In this document: positions 48,845-58,157 of the stretch, piece after piece
Layout: every line of letters starts with the position of its first letter
How positions within the stretch are numbered: position 1 is the first letter of the stretch
From: an uncultured Chloroflexia bacterium
GTDB taxonomy: Bacteria > Chloroflexota > Limnocylindria > Limnocylindrales > CSP1-4
DNA: 64,000 nt
Assembly: GCA_963746845.1 (NCBI GenBank)
Contig: CAVVCZ010000004.1
Span: forward strand, 544,001-608,000
Direction: 5' to 3'
Translations under genes and position numbers: made by a program
Notes under the pieces: generated by a model
The model's database searches: none
Told to the model about the DNA's origin: nothing
The model's input: the letters and a program-made list of their open reading frames with translations, nothing else

Positions 48845-49677
48845 TGCCGCCCGAACGGCTCCAGAAGGTCCTCGCGGCCGCGGGCGTCGCGTCCCGGCGT
48901 GCGAGCGAGGGCTTGATCGCCGCCGGCCGTGTCAAGGTCGACGGCAAGCGGGCGACGATCGGCCAGCAGGTCGACCCCGCGACGGCGGTCATCGAGGTCG
49001 ACGGCCTCCTCGTCGGCGCGGCCGCCCGGACCACGTACCTGCTGCTCCACAAGCCGGCCGGCGTCACCTCCACGACGCACGATCGACACGCCGATACGAC
49101 CGTCCTCGACCTCGTCCCGACCGCGCTCGTCCCGGACGGCGCCCGGCTCTACCCGGTCGGCCGGCTCGACCAGGACAGCGAGGGTCTGCTCCTCCTCACG
49201 AACGACGGCGCCTGGTCCGAGCGGGTGCTCCACCCACGGTTCGGCGTGGAGCGCGAGTACGCGTTGGCGGTGCGCCGCCCGCTCGACCACGACCAGGTAG
49301 CGGCGCTGGAGCAGGGGATCCCCCTCGAGGAAGGCCTCGCGACGCTCCACCACCTCCGCCTGATGACCGCCACCGAGGTCGGCAAGCTCGTCGACCTGCT
49401 CGCGCCGTCCCCGCCTTCGGATGTCACGTGGTACCGGGCGACCCTCCGGCAGGGGTGGAAGCGCCAGCTCCGCCGCATGTTCGGCGCCGTCGAGGCCCCG
49501 ATCGAACGGCTGGTCCGCGTCCGGATCGGCCCGGTCCGGATCGACGGCCTGCGCGGCGGCCGGGTCCGCCCGTTGAAGGCCCCGGAGGTCCGCGGGCTCG
49601 CGAGCGGCGGCGGACGCTCCCGCGACGACCGTCCGGCGGAAGCGTCTCGCCCGGAGCGGAAGCCCGAGCGGCTCTGA
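48844..49677 (+). CDS. rluB: Pseudouridine synthase, RluB/RsuA family
   Basis: RLQKVLA.AGVASRR (S4), HKPAG, PVGRLD..SEGLLLLTNDG. Confidence 0.88.
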   Translation: MPPERLQKVLAAAGVASRRASEGLIAAGRVKVDGKRATIGQQVDPATAVIEVDGLLVGAAARTTYLLLHKPAGVTSTTHDRHADTTVLDLVPTALVPDGARLYPVGRLDQDSEGLLLLTNDGAWSERVLHPRFGVEREYALAVRRPLDHDQVAALEQGIPLEEGLATLHHLRLMTATEVGKLVDLLAPSPPSDVTWYRATLRQGWKRQLRRMFGAVEAPIERLVRVRIGPVRIDGLRGGRVRPLKAPEVRGLASGGGRSRDDRPAEASRPERKPERL

Positions 49678-49703
49678 CGATCGGGAGCGGTATCCTCGAC
49701 GTC

Positions 49704-50426
49704 GTGACCACTGCCCACCCCGGTCTCGTCGTCGCCCTCGACGGCCCCGGCTCGTCCGGCAAGTCGAGCGTCGGAGCCGCTGCGGCCCTCCGGCTCGGCT
49801 ACCGCTTCTGCGACACCGGCCTCCTGTACCGCGCGGCGACGTGGCTCGCCCTCGAGCGGCGCGTTCGCGTCGACGGCGACGGGGTCGATCCACAGGCGCT
49901 GGTCGCGCTCGTGCCGGAGATCGAGCTCGTCCCCGACGAGAACGGCCGCCTCGCCCACGTGAGCGTGGCCGGGGAGGATGTGACCGACGACGTCCACACG
50001 CCGCGGGTCGACGAGGCCGTCTCGGCTGTCAGCCGGGTCGGCGAGCTCCGGACGGCCCTGCTCGAACGCCAGCGGGCGCTCGCCGGGCAGCCGGGCGGGA
50101 TCGTCATGGCGGGCCGTGACATCGGGACGGTCGTGCTGCCCGACGCGGACCTGAAGCTCTTCCTGGACGCGTCGGTCGAGGAGCGGGCGCGACGCCGGAC
50201 GGAGGAGCGCGAGGTCGACCCGGACAGCCAGGAGGCGCGGTTCATCCTCGCCCAGCTTCGCCGGCGCGACGAGCTCGACAGCAACCGGGTGGTGGCCCCC
50301 CTCCGAGCGGCCGACGACGCGATCCACATCGTCACCGACGGCAACACGTTCGAGCAGACGGTCGACGCGGTCGCCGACGCGATCCGGGCCGCCGAGACGC
50401 GCGCGCTCCCCGCGAACGCCCGATGA
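49704..50426 (+). CDS. cmk: Cytidylate kinase
   Basis: ALDGPGSSGKSS, DTGLLYRA, GRDIGTVVLPDA. Confidence 0.95.
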   Translation: MTTAHPGLVVALDGPGSSGKSSVGAAAALRLGYRFCDTGLLYRAATWLALERRVRVDGDGVDPQALVALVPEIELVPDENGRLAHVSVAGEDVTDDVHTPRVDEAVSAVSRVGELRTALLERQRALAGQPGGIVMAGRDIGTVVLPDADLKLFLDASVEERARRRTEEREVDPDSQEARFILAQLRRRDELDSNRVVAPLRAADDAIHIVTDGNTFEQTVDAVADAIRAAETRALPANAR

Positions 50427-51214
50427 CGACGACCGACGCGACCGAGATCCCCGATGCCGAGGCTGGCGCCGAGACACCTGCGTCGCCGGTCACGCCCGAG
50501 CGCCCGTCGGCGAAGCCGGCGATCGACGAGGACGAGCTGTTCCGCGAGGACCTGACCCTCCTGATCAGCGGGACGGCGCTCGGAGCGCGGACGCTCGCCA
50601 GATGTCTCACACGGGTCCAGGTCGAGGGCGATCCGGGCCTGATCCCGCGGGCCGGCCCGGTGATCCTCGCGAGCAACCACATCTCGAACGCGGACCCGGT
50701 GATCATCGGCTCGTGGCTCACCCCGAAGCTCGGCCGGCGGATCCACTGGCTCGGCAAGAAGGAGATGTTCGAGTGGCCGATCGTCGGCTGGATGGCGCGC
50801 AACGGCGGTGTCGTCCCGGTCGATCGCGCGGCCGCCGATGTCGACGCGTTCCGGCTCGCCCAGCGGATTCTCTCGGCCGGGCTCGTGCTGATGGTCTTTC
50901 CCGAAGGGACGCGCAGCCCGACCGGCGAGCTGCAGGTACCGAAGGACGGGCTGGCGATGCTCGCGCTCCGGACGAACGCGACGATCGTCCCGATCGGGAT
51001 GTCGAACACGGACCGGGTCTGGAAGAAGGGCTCGTTCCTGCCCCGGCCGGGCGGCCACGCCACCATGCGGATCGGGGAGCCCTTCAAGGTCGGCGACCTG
51101 CTGCCACCGGACGTGAACCGCAAGTCGGCGAAGGGCCTCGCGACGACGCTGATCATGGGTCGGATCGCCGCCCTCCTCGACGAGCGGCACCGGGGCGCCT
51201 ACGCCGGGGACTGA
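50423..51214 (+). CDS. plsC: 1-acyl-sn-glycerol-3-phosphate acyltransferase
   Basis: NHISNAD (HxxxxD), FPEGTRS. Confidence 0.88.
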   Translation: MTTTDATEIPDAEAGAETPASPVTPERPSAKPAIDEDELFREDLTLLISGTALGARTLARCLTRVQVEGDPGLIPRAGPVILASNHISNADPVIIGSWLTPKLGRRIHWLGKKEMFEWPIVGWMARNGGVVPVDRAAADVDAFRLAQRILSAGLVLMVFPEGTRSPTGELQVPKDGLAMLALRTNATIVPIGMSNTDRVWKKGSFLPRPGGHATMRIGEPFKVGDLLPPDVNRKSAKGLATTLIMGRIAALLDERHRGAYAGD

Positions 51215-51259
51215 GCGCCGATCGGGGCGCCGAAGGGCGCATGCGATAATCGATCGATC

Positions 51260-52246
51260 ATGGGAACCGTCCGGGAGATCCGGATCGCCCGGCGTACCGG
51301 CTTCTGCTACGGCGTGCGCGAGGCGATCGACAAGGCCAAGGAGGCCCGCGCCGCGGGCAAGTCGACCCATACCCTCGGCCAGGTCGTCCACAACGAGGGC
51401 GTGATCGCGGATCTCGAGCGGCTGGGGATCGAGACGGTCGAGGCCCTCGACGACGTCGACCACGGGGCGGCGGTCGTGATCCGCGCCCACGGGGTGCGCC
51501 CGGACGTGATGGACCGGGCGAACGCCCGCGGTCTCGAGGTGATCGACGGCACCTGCACCTGGGTCATCCAGGAGCACAAGGAGCTCACCCGTCTCGTCGA
51601 CGAGGGCTACACGATCGTCCTGCTCGGCACGCCGAACCACGCCGAGGTCGTCGGGATGCTCGGTTTCGCGCCGGACGCGATCGTCGTCGACGAAGAGGAC
51701 GAGTGGGAGGCGAGGGTCCCGCGGAAGAAGCGGATGGCGCTGATCAGCCAGTCGACCCAGCCGCCGTGGAAGTTCGAGAAGCTCGCCGCGTTCATGGTCG
51801 GCCGCAGCCACGAGCTGAAGATCGTCAACACGGTCTGCCCGGTCACGATCCGGCGTCAGGAGGACACGGTCGAGGCCGCCCAGGAGGTCGACCTGATGGT
51901 CGTCGTCGGCGGACGGTCCAGCGCGAACACGAAGGAGCTGACCCGCCTCGTCGGGATCGCCGGCAAGCCCGCGATCCAGATCGAGGGCTGGAAGGACCTG
52001 ACGGATGCCACGGTGTTCGATGGCCGCGCGATCGTCGGGATCACCGGTGGCACGTCGACCCCGATCGAGGACCTGCGCGACGTCGCACGCCGCGTCCTGG
52101 AGATCGCCGGGACGCCCGAGGTCGCCGTCCGCGCCGACGAGCTCGCCCAGGAGGCGCTCGAAGGCGCCGCGACCCCCGCGGGCCGCACGACCTCGCTTCC
52201 CACCTTCGTCCACGAGGGCAGCGCGCCCACGTCCGGCGCGGCCTGA
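51260..52246 (+). CDS. ispH: 4-hydroxy-3-methylbut-2-enyl diphosphate reductase
   Basis: GFCYGV, VHN, IRAHG, DGTC, HAEV, NTVC..T..RQ, SANT, GTSTP. Confidence 0.95.
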   Translation: MGTVREIRIARRTGFCYGVREAIDKAKEARAAGKSTHTLGQVVHNEGVIADLERLGIETVEALDDVDHGAAVVIRAHGVRPDVMDRANARGLEVIDGTCTWVIQEHKELTRLVDEGYTIVLLGTPNHAEVVGMLGFAPDAIVVDEEDEWEARVPRKKRMALISQSTQPPWKFEKLAAFMVGRSHELKIVNTVCPVTIRRQEDTVEAAQEVDLMVVVGGRSSANTKELTRLVGIAGKPAIQIEGWKDLTDATVFDGRAIVGITGGTSTPIEDLRDVARRVLEIAGTPEVAVRADELAQEALEGAATPAGRTTSLPTFVHEGSAPTSGAA

Positions 52247-52258
52247 GGCCCGCTCCCG

Positions 52259-53866
52259 ATGCCATCCAGCGCCCGCGTCGCCTTGCCCGTCGTCGCAGTC
52301 GTCGGCCGGCCGAACGTCGGCAAGAGCACGATCTTCAACCGGTTCGTCGGCAAGCGGCAGGCGATCGTCGAGGATCGCGCCCGGACGACCCGCGACCGGA
52401 TGTACGGCGACGCCGAGTGGAACGGCCGGCGGTTCGTCCTCATCGACACGGGCGGCCTCGAGGTCGACACGGACGACCCGATCGAGCTGAAGGTCCAGGA
52501 GCAGGCGCGGCTCGCGATCCGTGAGGCCGACGTGATCGTCTTCGTCGTCGACGCGATCAGCGGCCTGACCCCTGCTGACCTCGAGGCGGCCGAGCTCCTG
52601 CGGACCGCGAAGGCGCCCGTGATCGTCGCCGCGAACAAGGTCGACAACACCGCCCGCGAGGCCGACGCGGCCGAGTTCTGGTCGCTCGGCTGGGAGGAGA
52701 CCTATGCGATCTCCGCGTCGCACGGGCGCGGGACCGGCGATCTCCTCGACGCGATCGTCTGGTCGCTTCCTCCGGAATCGGAGTCCGAGATCGCCCGGAA
52801 GACGCGTGAGGACGAGGCCGACGCCTGGGCCCAGGAGGTCGCCGCCGGGCGGCTCGAGCCGTTCGTCGTGGGCGAGGCCGAGGACGAGGAGGAGAGCGGC
52901 GTCCCGGACGACGACGGGGTCGCCGCACGCTGGGATGCCGCGATCGCCGCCGAGGCCGAGGATCAGGTCGCCGCGATCGCGTTCGTCGGCCGCCCGAACG
53001 TCGGCAAGTCGTCGCTCCTCAACAGCCTCCTCGGGGAGGATCGCGCGATCGTGTCCGAGGTGCCCGGCACGACCCGCGACGCGATCGACACGACCCTCGA
53101 GTGGGGCCGGAGCGAGGTGGTCCTGATCGACACGGCGGGGATCAAGCGCCGCGGCAAGGTCGCGTCCGGACCGGCTGCCGAGAAGTACTCGACCCTGCGT
53201 TCGCTGAAGGCGATCTCGCGGGCGGATGTGGCCGTGCTCGTCATCGACGCCGTGGAGGGGCTGACCGCCCAGGACGCGCACGTCGCGGGCTACGTCGTCG
53301 ACGAGGGGAGGGGCCTCGTCATCGCGGTCAACAAGTGGGATCTCGTCGAGGACAAGACGGACCGCACGTTCGACCAGTACGTCGAGTGGATCCAGAACGA
53401 GGTCCCGTTCCTCGACTTCGCACCGGTCGTCTCGATCAGCGCGAAGACCGGCCAGCGCGTCGGGCGCGTCCTCGAGCTCGCGATCGACATCTGGGGCGAG
53501 CGCCGCAAGCGCGTCTCGACGGCCGAGCTGAACCGGATCCTGCGGATCGCCCTGGAGCGGCAGCAGCCGCCGGTCGTGAAGGGCCGCCGCCCGAAGCTCT
53601 TCTACGGGACGCAGGCCGGCGTCGCGCCGCCGACCTTCGTGTTCTTCGCGAACGACGCCGCCGCGATCCACTTCAGCTACCGGCGCTATCTCGAGAACCA
53701 GCTCCGGGCCGAATTCGGCTTCGACGGCACGCCGATCAAGCTCGTCTTCCGCAATCGCGAGTCCGTCCGGCTGCCCCGCCGCCGCTCCAATCGCGGTCAC
53801 AGCCCGGTGTCGAAGGGCCCGTCCGGCCAGCGACCGGCCGCCGGCGGTCGACGCCCGAAGCGATGA
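52259..53866 (+). CDS. der: Ribosome biogenesis GTPase Der (EngA)
   Basis: Two GRPNVGKS G-domains, DTGG/DTAG, NKVD/NKWD, C-terminal PPTF...YLEN. Confidence 0.97.
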   Translation: MPSSARVALPVVAVVGRPNVGKSTIFNRFVGKRQAIVEDRARTTRDRMYGDAEWNGRRFVLIDTGGLEVDTDDPIELKVQEQARLAIREADVIVFVVDAISGLTPADLEAAELLRTAKAPVIVAANKVDNTAREADAAEFWSLGWEETYAISASHGRGTGDLLDAIVWSLPPESESEIARKTREDEADAWAQEVAAGRLEPFVVGEAEDEEESGVPDDDGVAARWDAAIAAEAEDQVAAIAFVGRPNVGKSSLLNSLLGEDRAIVSEVPGTTRDAIDTTLEWGRSEVVLIDTAGIKRRGKVASGPAAEKYSTLRSLKAISRADVAVLVIDAVEGLTAQDAHVAGYVVDEGRGLVIAVNKWDLVEDKTDRTFDQYVEWIQNEVPFLDFAPVVSISAKTGQRVGRVLELAIDIWGERRKRVSTAELNRILRIALERQQPPVVKGRRPKLFYGTQAGVAPPTFVFFANDAAAIHFSYRRYLENQLRAEFGFDGTPIKLVFRNRESVRLPRRRSNRGHSPVSKGPSGQRPAAGGRRPKR

Positions 53867-54906
53867 CCGAGTCGGCTCGCGTCGCCGTCGTCGGCGCGGG
53901 TGCCTGGGGGACGACGCTGTCGGTCCTGATCGCCCGGACCGAGCCGGTGGTGCTGCTCGCCCACGACGCCGACGCGGCTTTCCGCATCGATGCCGCCCGC
54001 GAGAACGAGCGTCGCCTGCCGGGCATCAAGCTCCCCCGAGGGGTCTCCGTCTCGGCGGCGCATGAGGACCTGGCCGGCGCCGACCTCGTGATCTATGCCG
54101 TCCCCTCGTCCCACCTCCGGTCGACGGTCGAGCGGACGGCCGCGTCGGTCGCCGCGTCGGCGGACCTCCTGTCGGTCGTCAAGGGCCTCGAGGCGGGCTC
54201 GCTCCTGCGGATGTCGCAGGTGATCGCCGATGCCGGCGGGTTCGCCCCGCGGCGGGTGGCCGCCCTCTCCGGCCCGAACCTGGCGACCGAGATCGCGCGC
54301 GGCCTTCCCGCGTCCGCCGTCGTCGCGGCGGAGGACCCCATGCTCGCCGACCGGATCGCCGAGCGGATCGGCCGCCGCGAGTTCCGGCTGTACGTCAACC
54401 GCGACCTGCTCGGCGTCGAGCTGTGCGGGGCGCTGAAGAACGTCGTCGCCATCGCTGCAGGCGCCGCGGACGGCCTCGGGTTCGGCGACAACGGCAAGGC
54501 CGGGTTGATCACCCGCGGGCTGGCCGAGATGACGCGGCTCGGGATCGCCGCCGGGGCGAACCCGCTGACCTTCGCGGGGCTCGCGGGGATCGGCGACGTC
54601 GTCGCCACGTGCGGCTCGACGCTGTCGAGGAACCACCGGCTCGGCGAGGAGCTGGCGAAGGGCCGTCGATGGTCGGACATCGAGGCCGCCCTGCCGGGCG
54701 TCGCCGAGGGTGCGTACACGGTCGACGCGGCCCTCGGGCTCGCACGCCGGTATGACGTCGAGATGCCGATCGCCCAGGAGGTCCACAAGGCGCTGTTCGA
54801 GGGCAAGAGCGTCCAGCGCTGCCTGGTCGACCTGTTGTCGCGCGAATCGAAGGACGAGCTGGCCGACTTCCCCGCCTGGGCCGACCGCATCCGCGACGGC
54901 GCCTGA
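53863..54906 (+). CDS. gpsA: NAD(P)H-dependent glycerol-3-phosphate dehydrogenase
   Basis: GAGAWGT, KGLE, SGPNLA, GALKN, GDN, GIGD..TC..SRN. Confidence 0.96.
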   Translation: MTESARVAVVGAGAWGTTLSVLIARTEPVVLLAHDADAAFRIDAARENERRLPGIKLPRGVSVSAAHEDLAGADLVIYAVPSSHLRSTVERTAASVAASADLLSVVKGLEAGSLLRMSQVIADAGGFAPRRVAALSGPNLATEIARGLPASAVVAAEDPMLADRIAERIGRREFRLYVNRDLLGVELCGALKNVVAIAAGAADGLGFGDNGKAGLITRGLAEMTRLGIAAGANPLTFAGLAGIGDVVATCGSTLSRNHRLGEELAKGRRWSDIEAALPGVAEGAYTVDAALGLARRYDVEMPIAQEVHKALFEGKSVQRCLVDLLSRESKDELADFPAWADRIRDGA

Positions 54907-54908
54907 CG

Positions 54909-55193
54909 GTGGTCTCCGTCGGCCTGGCGATCCTCGCGGCGTACCTGCAGCGCGTGTTCATCACCGCCGTCGCCGATCGGGACCGGGTCGAGAGCCGGCT
55001 CGCCCAGCGGGCGGCGGGTCTCGCCCCGGAGCTGTCCGCGATGGCCGCCCTCCGCGCCGACGCGCGGTACTACATCCGCCAGCTCGGCCGGCGCCAGCCC
55101 CAGCAGGACATCGAGCGGAAGCGGCTCGGCGCCCTCGCCGGCGTCGTGATCGCGAGTGGTGTGCTGCTCTGGCTCCTGTTCGGACCGGCCTGA
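54909..55193 (+). CDS. Small membrane protein
   Basis: 94-aa ORF filling the intergenic gap, hydrophobic at both ends. Confidence 0.55.
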   Translation: MVSVGLAILAAYLQRVFITAVADRDRVESRLAQRAAGLAPELSAMAALRADARYYIRQLGRRQPQQDIERKRLGALAGVVIASGVLLWLLFGPA

Positions 55194-55294
55194 CGGCCCG
55201 ACCCGTTGCCGGGGAGGCGCGCGACGACTAGGCTCTCCGTCTCGGCGCGATGCACGGCCGCGGCCGGCGAGCCGATCCCGGAGAGGAGACCGTC

Positions 55295-56668
55295 ATGGCG
55301 ACCGTCCTGACCGATCGCACCCGCTTCGTCCTCGATGAGGATCGGATTCCCCGAGCCTGGTACAACATCGCCGCCGACCTCCCGAGCCCGCCGCCGCCGC
55401 CGCTCCATCCCGGAACCGGGCAGCCGCTGGGGCCAGGCGACCTCGCACCGATCTTTCCGATGGAGCTGATCAAGCAGGTCGTCAGCCAGGATCGGGAGAT
55501 CGAGATCCCCGATCCGGTCCGCGATGCCTACAAGCTCTACCGGCCAAGCCCGCTCCATCGCGCCCGCCGGCTCGAGAAGGTGCTCGATACACCCGCCCAC
55601 ATCTACTACAAGTACGAGGGCGGGAGCCCGTCGGGCAGCCACAAGCCGAACACGGCGCTCGCCCAGGCGTTCTACAACAAGAACGAGGGCGCGACGCGCC
55701 TGGCGACCGAGACCGGCGCCGGGCAGTGGGGGAGCGCCCTCGCGTTCGCCGGCGCGGCGTTCGATCTGGAGATCAAGGTCTTCATGGTCCGGGCGAGCTA
55801 CGACCAGAAGCCGTACCGCCGGATCCTCATGGAGACGTACGGCGCGACCGTCGTGCCGAGTCCCTCGCCCGACACGGAGTACGGCCGGAGGGTGCTCGCG
55901 GAGACGCCCGGCCATACGGGCTCCCTCGGGCTCGCGATCAGCGAAGCGATCGAGGACACGGTCACCCATCCGGGCACGAAATACTCACTTGGCTCGGTGT
56001 TCGATTTCGTGCTCCTCCACCAGACCGTGATCGGGCAGGAGTCGATCGAGCAGATGGCATTGGCCGGCGAGGAGCCGGACGTGATCATCGGCTGCGCGGG
56101 CGGCGGCTCGAACTTCGCGGGACTGACGTTCCCGTGGCTCGGCCAGACGTTCCGGGGCGGGCGGAAGTACCGCGTGATCGCGGCCGAGCCCGAAGCGGCC
56201 CCGTCGCTGACGCGTGGCGTCTACGCCTACGACTTCGGCGACACGGGGAAGATGGCGCCGATCGTGAAGATGCACACGCTCGGCTCCGACTTCATCCCTG
56301 ATCCGATCCACGCCGGCGGGCTTCGGTACCACGGGATGGCGCCGCTCGTGTCGCACCTCCTGGAGCTCGGGGCGATCGAGGCCCGGAGCGTCCACCAGCT
56401 CGCGAGCTTCGCGGCGGGCGTCCAGTTCGCCCGAGCCGAGGGCATCCTGCCCGCGCCCGAGCCGACGCACGCGCTCAAGGTCGCGATCGACGAGGCGCTC
56501 GACGCCAGGGAGAAGGGCGAGGAGCGGGTGATCCTGTTCAACCTGTGCGGCCACGGCCACTTCGACCTGTCGGCCTACGAGAAGTACCTGGCCGGCACGC
56601 TCGAGGACTACGAGTACCCGGACGCGGCGGTCAGGAAGGCGCAGGAGTCGCTCCCGAAGGTCGGGTGA
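55295..56668 (+). CDS. trpB2: TrpB2 (TrpB-like PLP enzyme), stand-alone
   Basis: IP..WYNI, GSHKPNTA, TETGAGQWG, GSLGLAISEA, GGGSNFAG, HAGGLRYHG, NLCGHG; SD GAGGAG. Confidence 0.93.
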   Translation: MATVLTDRTRFVLDEDRIPRAWYNIAADLPSPPPPPLHPGTGQPLGPGDLAPIFPMELIKQVVSQDREIEIPDPVRDAYKLYRPSPLHRARRLEKVLDTPAHIYYKYEGGSPSGSHKPNTALAQAFYNKNEGATRLATETGAGQWGSALAFAGAAFDLEIKVFMVRASYDQKPYRRILMETYGATVVPSPSPDTEYGRRVLAETPGHTGSLGLAISEAIEDTVTHPGTKYSLGSVFDFVLLHQTVIGQESIEQMALAGEEPDVIIGCAGGGSNFAGLTFPWLGQTFRGGRKYRVIAAEPEAAPSLTRGVYAYDFGDTGKMAPIVKMHTLGSDFIPDPIHAGGLRYHGMAPLVSHLLELGAIEARSVHQLASFAAGVQFARAEGILPAPEPTHALKVAIDEALDAREKGEERVILFNLCGHGHFDLSAYEKYLAGTLEDYEYPDAAVRKAQESLPKVG

Positions 56669-56695
56669 GCCGGGATCACACCCCGCGATCGCGCT

Positions 56696-56799
56696 CGACT
56701 CGCAACTCGAGTCAGATCGGCCGCGTGTGAGCGTGATCGGATGCTCGCCAGCAAGCAGCGGAGCGTACGCGGCCCCGAATTGACCCGAGATTCGAGTCG
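56696..56799. repeat. Imperfect long inverted repeat between trpB2 and the tRNA
   Basis: cgactcg..ctcgagtca..ggccgcg pairs with cgcggcc..tgacccgag..cgagtcg. Confidence 0.6.
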
Positions 56800-56839
56800 G
56801 CCGTCCGCCCGCCGCCCGGTGCTAGACTGGGCGGCCTGT

Positions 56840-56916
56840 CGGGGCGTGGCGCAGTCTGGTAGCGCACCAGTCTGGGGGACTGGTGGTCGTCGGTTCAAAT
56901 CCGGCCGCCCCGACCA
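56840..56916 (+). tRNA. tRNA-Pro(GGG)
   Basis: Acceptor CGGGGCG/CGCCCCG, anticodon arm CCAGT-CTGGGGG-ACTGG, T-loop GTTCAAATC, encoded CCA; TAGACT -10-like hexamer upstream. Confidence 0.97.
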
Positions 56917-57132
56917 ATTCCCCCGCACAAAATGGCACTCCAAGGGCGGAGTGTGCCCGGTGCTGGCAGCAACAGAGCGCGGCGGCCCTAGGTGTACACC
57001 TGGCGCACAGAAAGAGGCGCCCCGCCCGGGCAGCTCTAGTCCGCGCCCACCCCGGCGTGTCGTGTGGCTGTCGCGGGCCGTGAGGGCGGCGATCGATCCG
57101 GTCGGCTCACCCCGATCCGAGGCCGGTCACCG

Positions 57133-58071
57133 TCAGTGCCAGCTGTTGCCGCCCCCGTTGGAGATCCGGCCGACGATCACCGCGCGACCGACCGAGGCCC
57201 TCGTCACGGAGTTGGAGACCGTGCCCGTGTTGTCGGACCCGAAGTCCATGGCCACGCCGGTGCCGTGACCGGAGTCCGACACCCGCCAGCCGCTGATGTT
57301 GACACCGGCGGTGTGGTTGCGGAGGACCAGCGCCCAGTTGGCGTTGGCGACCGTCCAGTTGCGGGCGGTGAGGTGGTAGACCGAGGCGCCCGAGCCCCCG
57401 GTGTAGACATGCAGGCCGCTGACTCCGTAGCGGCCGCCGGGGACGCTGGACGCTTGGAGGTGGGACAGGCTGAAGCCATTGAACATCAGGTCGTGCGAGC
57501 CCCTCGAGACGTAGACCACGTGGGTATTCGTGCTGTTGCTCGCCGAGGTGGCGGCCACGTACCGGACGGTGACGCACCGGGCCGTGATGTAGCTCGAGCC
57601 GATGAGCAGGAAGACCCCGGTCTGGCCGAGCAGGTAGTGCTGGAAGACGAACCGGCCGGGGCAGCCGTCGAGGGTGATATGCGCGGCGCCCGAGAAGTAG
57701 AACGCCGGGTCGCTGTAACGCCTGTCGTTGGTTGCGTCGAAGGTCACCGTCGCACCCGGTGCGGGCCGGATCACGAGCGGCGTCCTCCGGGTGATCAGGG
57801 CCCACCGCCAGCTGTGATACACGCCGCCGGACATCTCGATGACGCCGACCGACGGGTTCGCGACCAGCGCCCTGAACGACGACACGCTGATGCTCGGGGA
57901 GACCCGCCGAACTGACCCTGCCGCCGTCGCGACCGATGCCGGGACGATCACGAGGGCCAGCAGTGCGACGGTGGCCAGAGCGATGAAGGCTCTGGTGCGA
58001 TGAGAGCGATGTGCGGGTCGTGGTCGGGGCGGGACGGGCTCGGATGCCCAACGGTCGCCATGCCTGAACAT
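57133..58071 (-). CDS. Secreted right-handed beta-helix (pectin-lyase-like fold) protein
   Basis: Basic N-terminus plus hydrophobic signal ending in ATA-A; GVY, PLVIRPAPGATVTFD, HITLDG, HVVYV patterns; SD AGGAG 9 nt before ATG 58071. Confidence 0.7.
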   Translation of the reverse strand: MFRHGDRWASEPVPPRPRPAHRSHRTRAFIALATVALLALVIVPASVATAAGSVRRVSPSISVSSFRALVANPSVGVIEMSGGVYHSWRWALITRRTPLVIRPAPGATVTFDATNDRRYSDPAFYFSGAAHITLDGCPGRFVFQHYLLGQTGVFLLIGSSYITARCVTVRYVAATSASNSTNTHVVYVSRGSHDLMFNGFSLSHLQASSVPGGRYGVSGLHVYTGGSGASVYHLTARNWTVANANWALVLRNHTAGVNISGWRVSDSGHGTGVAMDFGSDNTGTVSNSVTRASVGRAVIVGRISNGGGNSWH

Positions 58072-58085
58072 CGATCGCATCTCCT

Positions 58086-58157
58086 TTCGGCAACCCGGCT
58101 GACTCGAGAGTCCCGTGGCTTTGCGGCCCCGCCTCACGACGGGTGTGCTATTTCGTG
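58086..58157 (-). ncRNA. GEMM-I (c-di-GMP-I class) riboswitch, A20 variant
   Basis: Minus strand reads CGAAAU-A-GC-ACA-CCCGUC-GUGA-GGCGGG-GCC-GC-AAAGCC-ACGGG-ACUCUCGAGU-CAGCCGGGUUGCCGAA, immediately followed by AGGAG. Confidence 0.88.

Noticed and set aside
953-54890. Very long antisense or alternate-frame ORFs (e.g. 2101-5028 -, 9411-12911 -, 36457-38745 -, 49799-53800 -)
   Set aside because: Shadow ORFs of GC3-rich genes. They overlap well-identified genes and carry no motifs of their own.
55229-55294. Attenuator or T-box upstream of trpB2
   Set aside because: No Trp-codon leader peptide or T-box motif, only short GC-rich stems.
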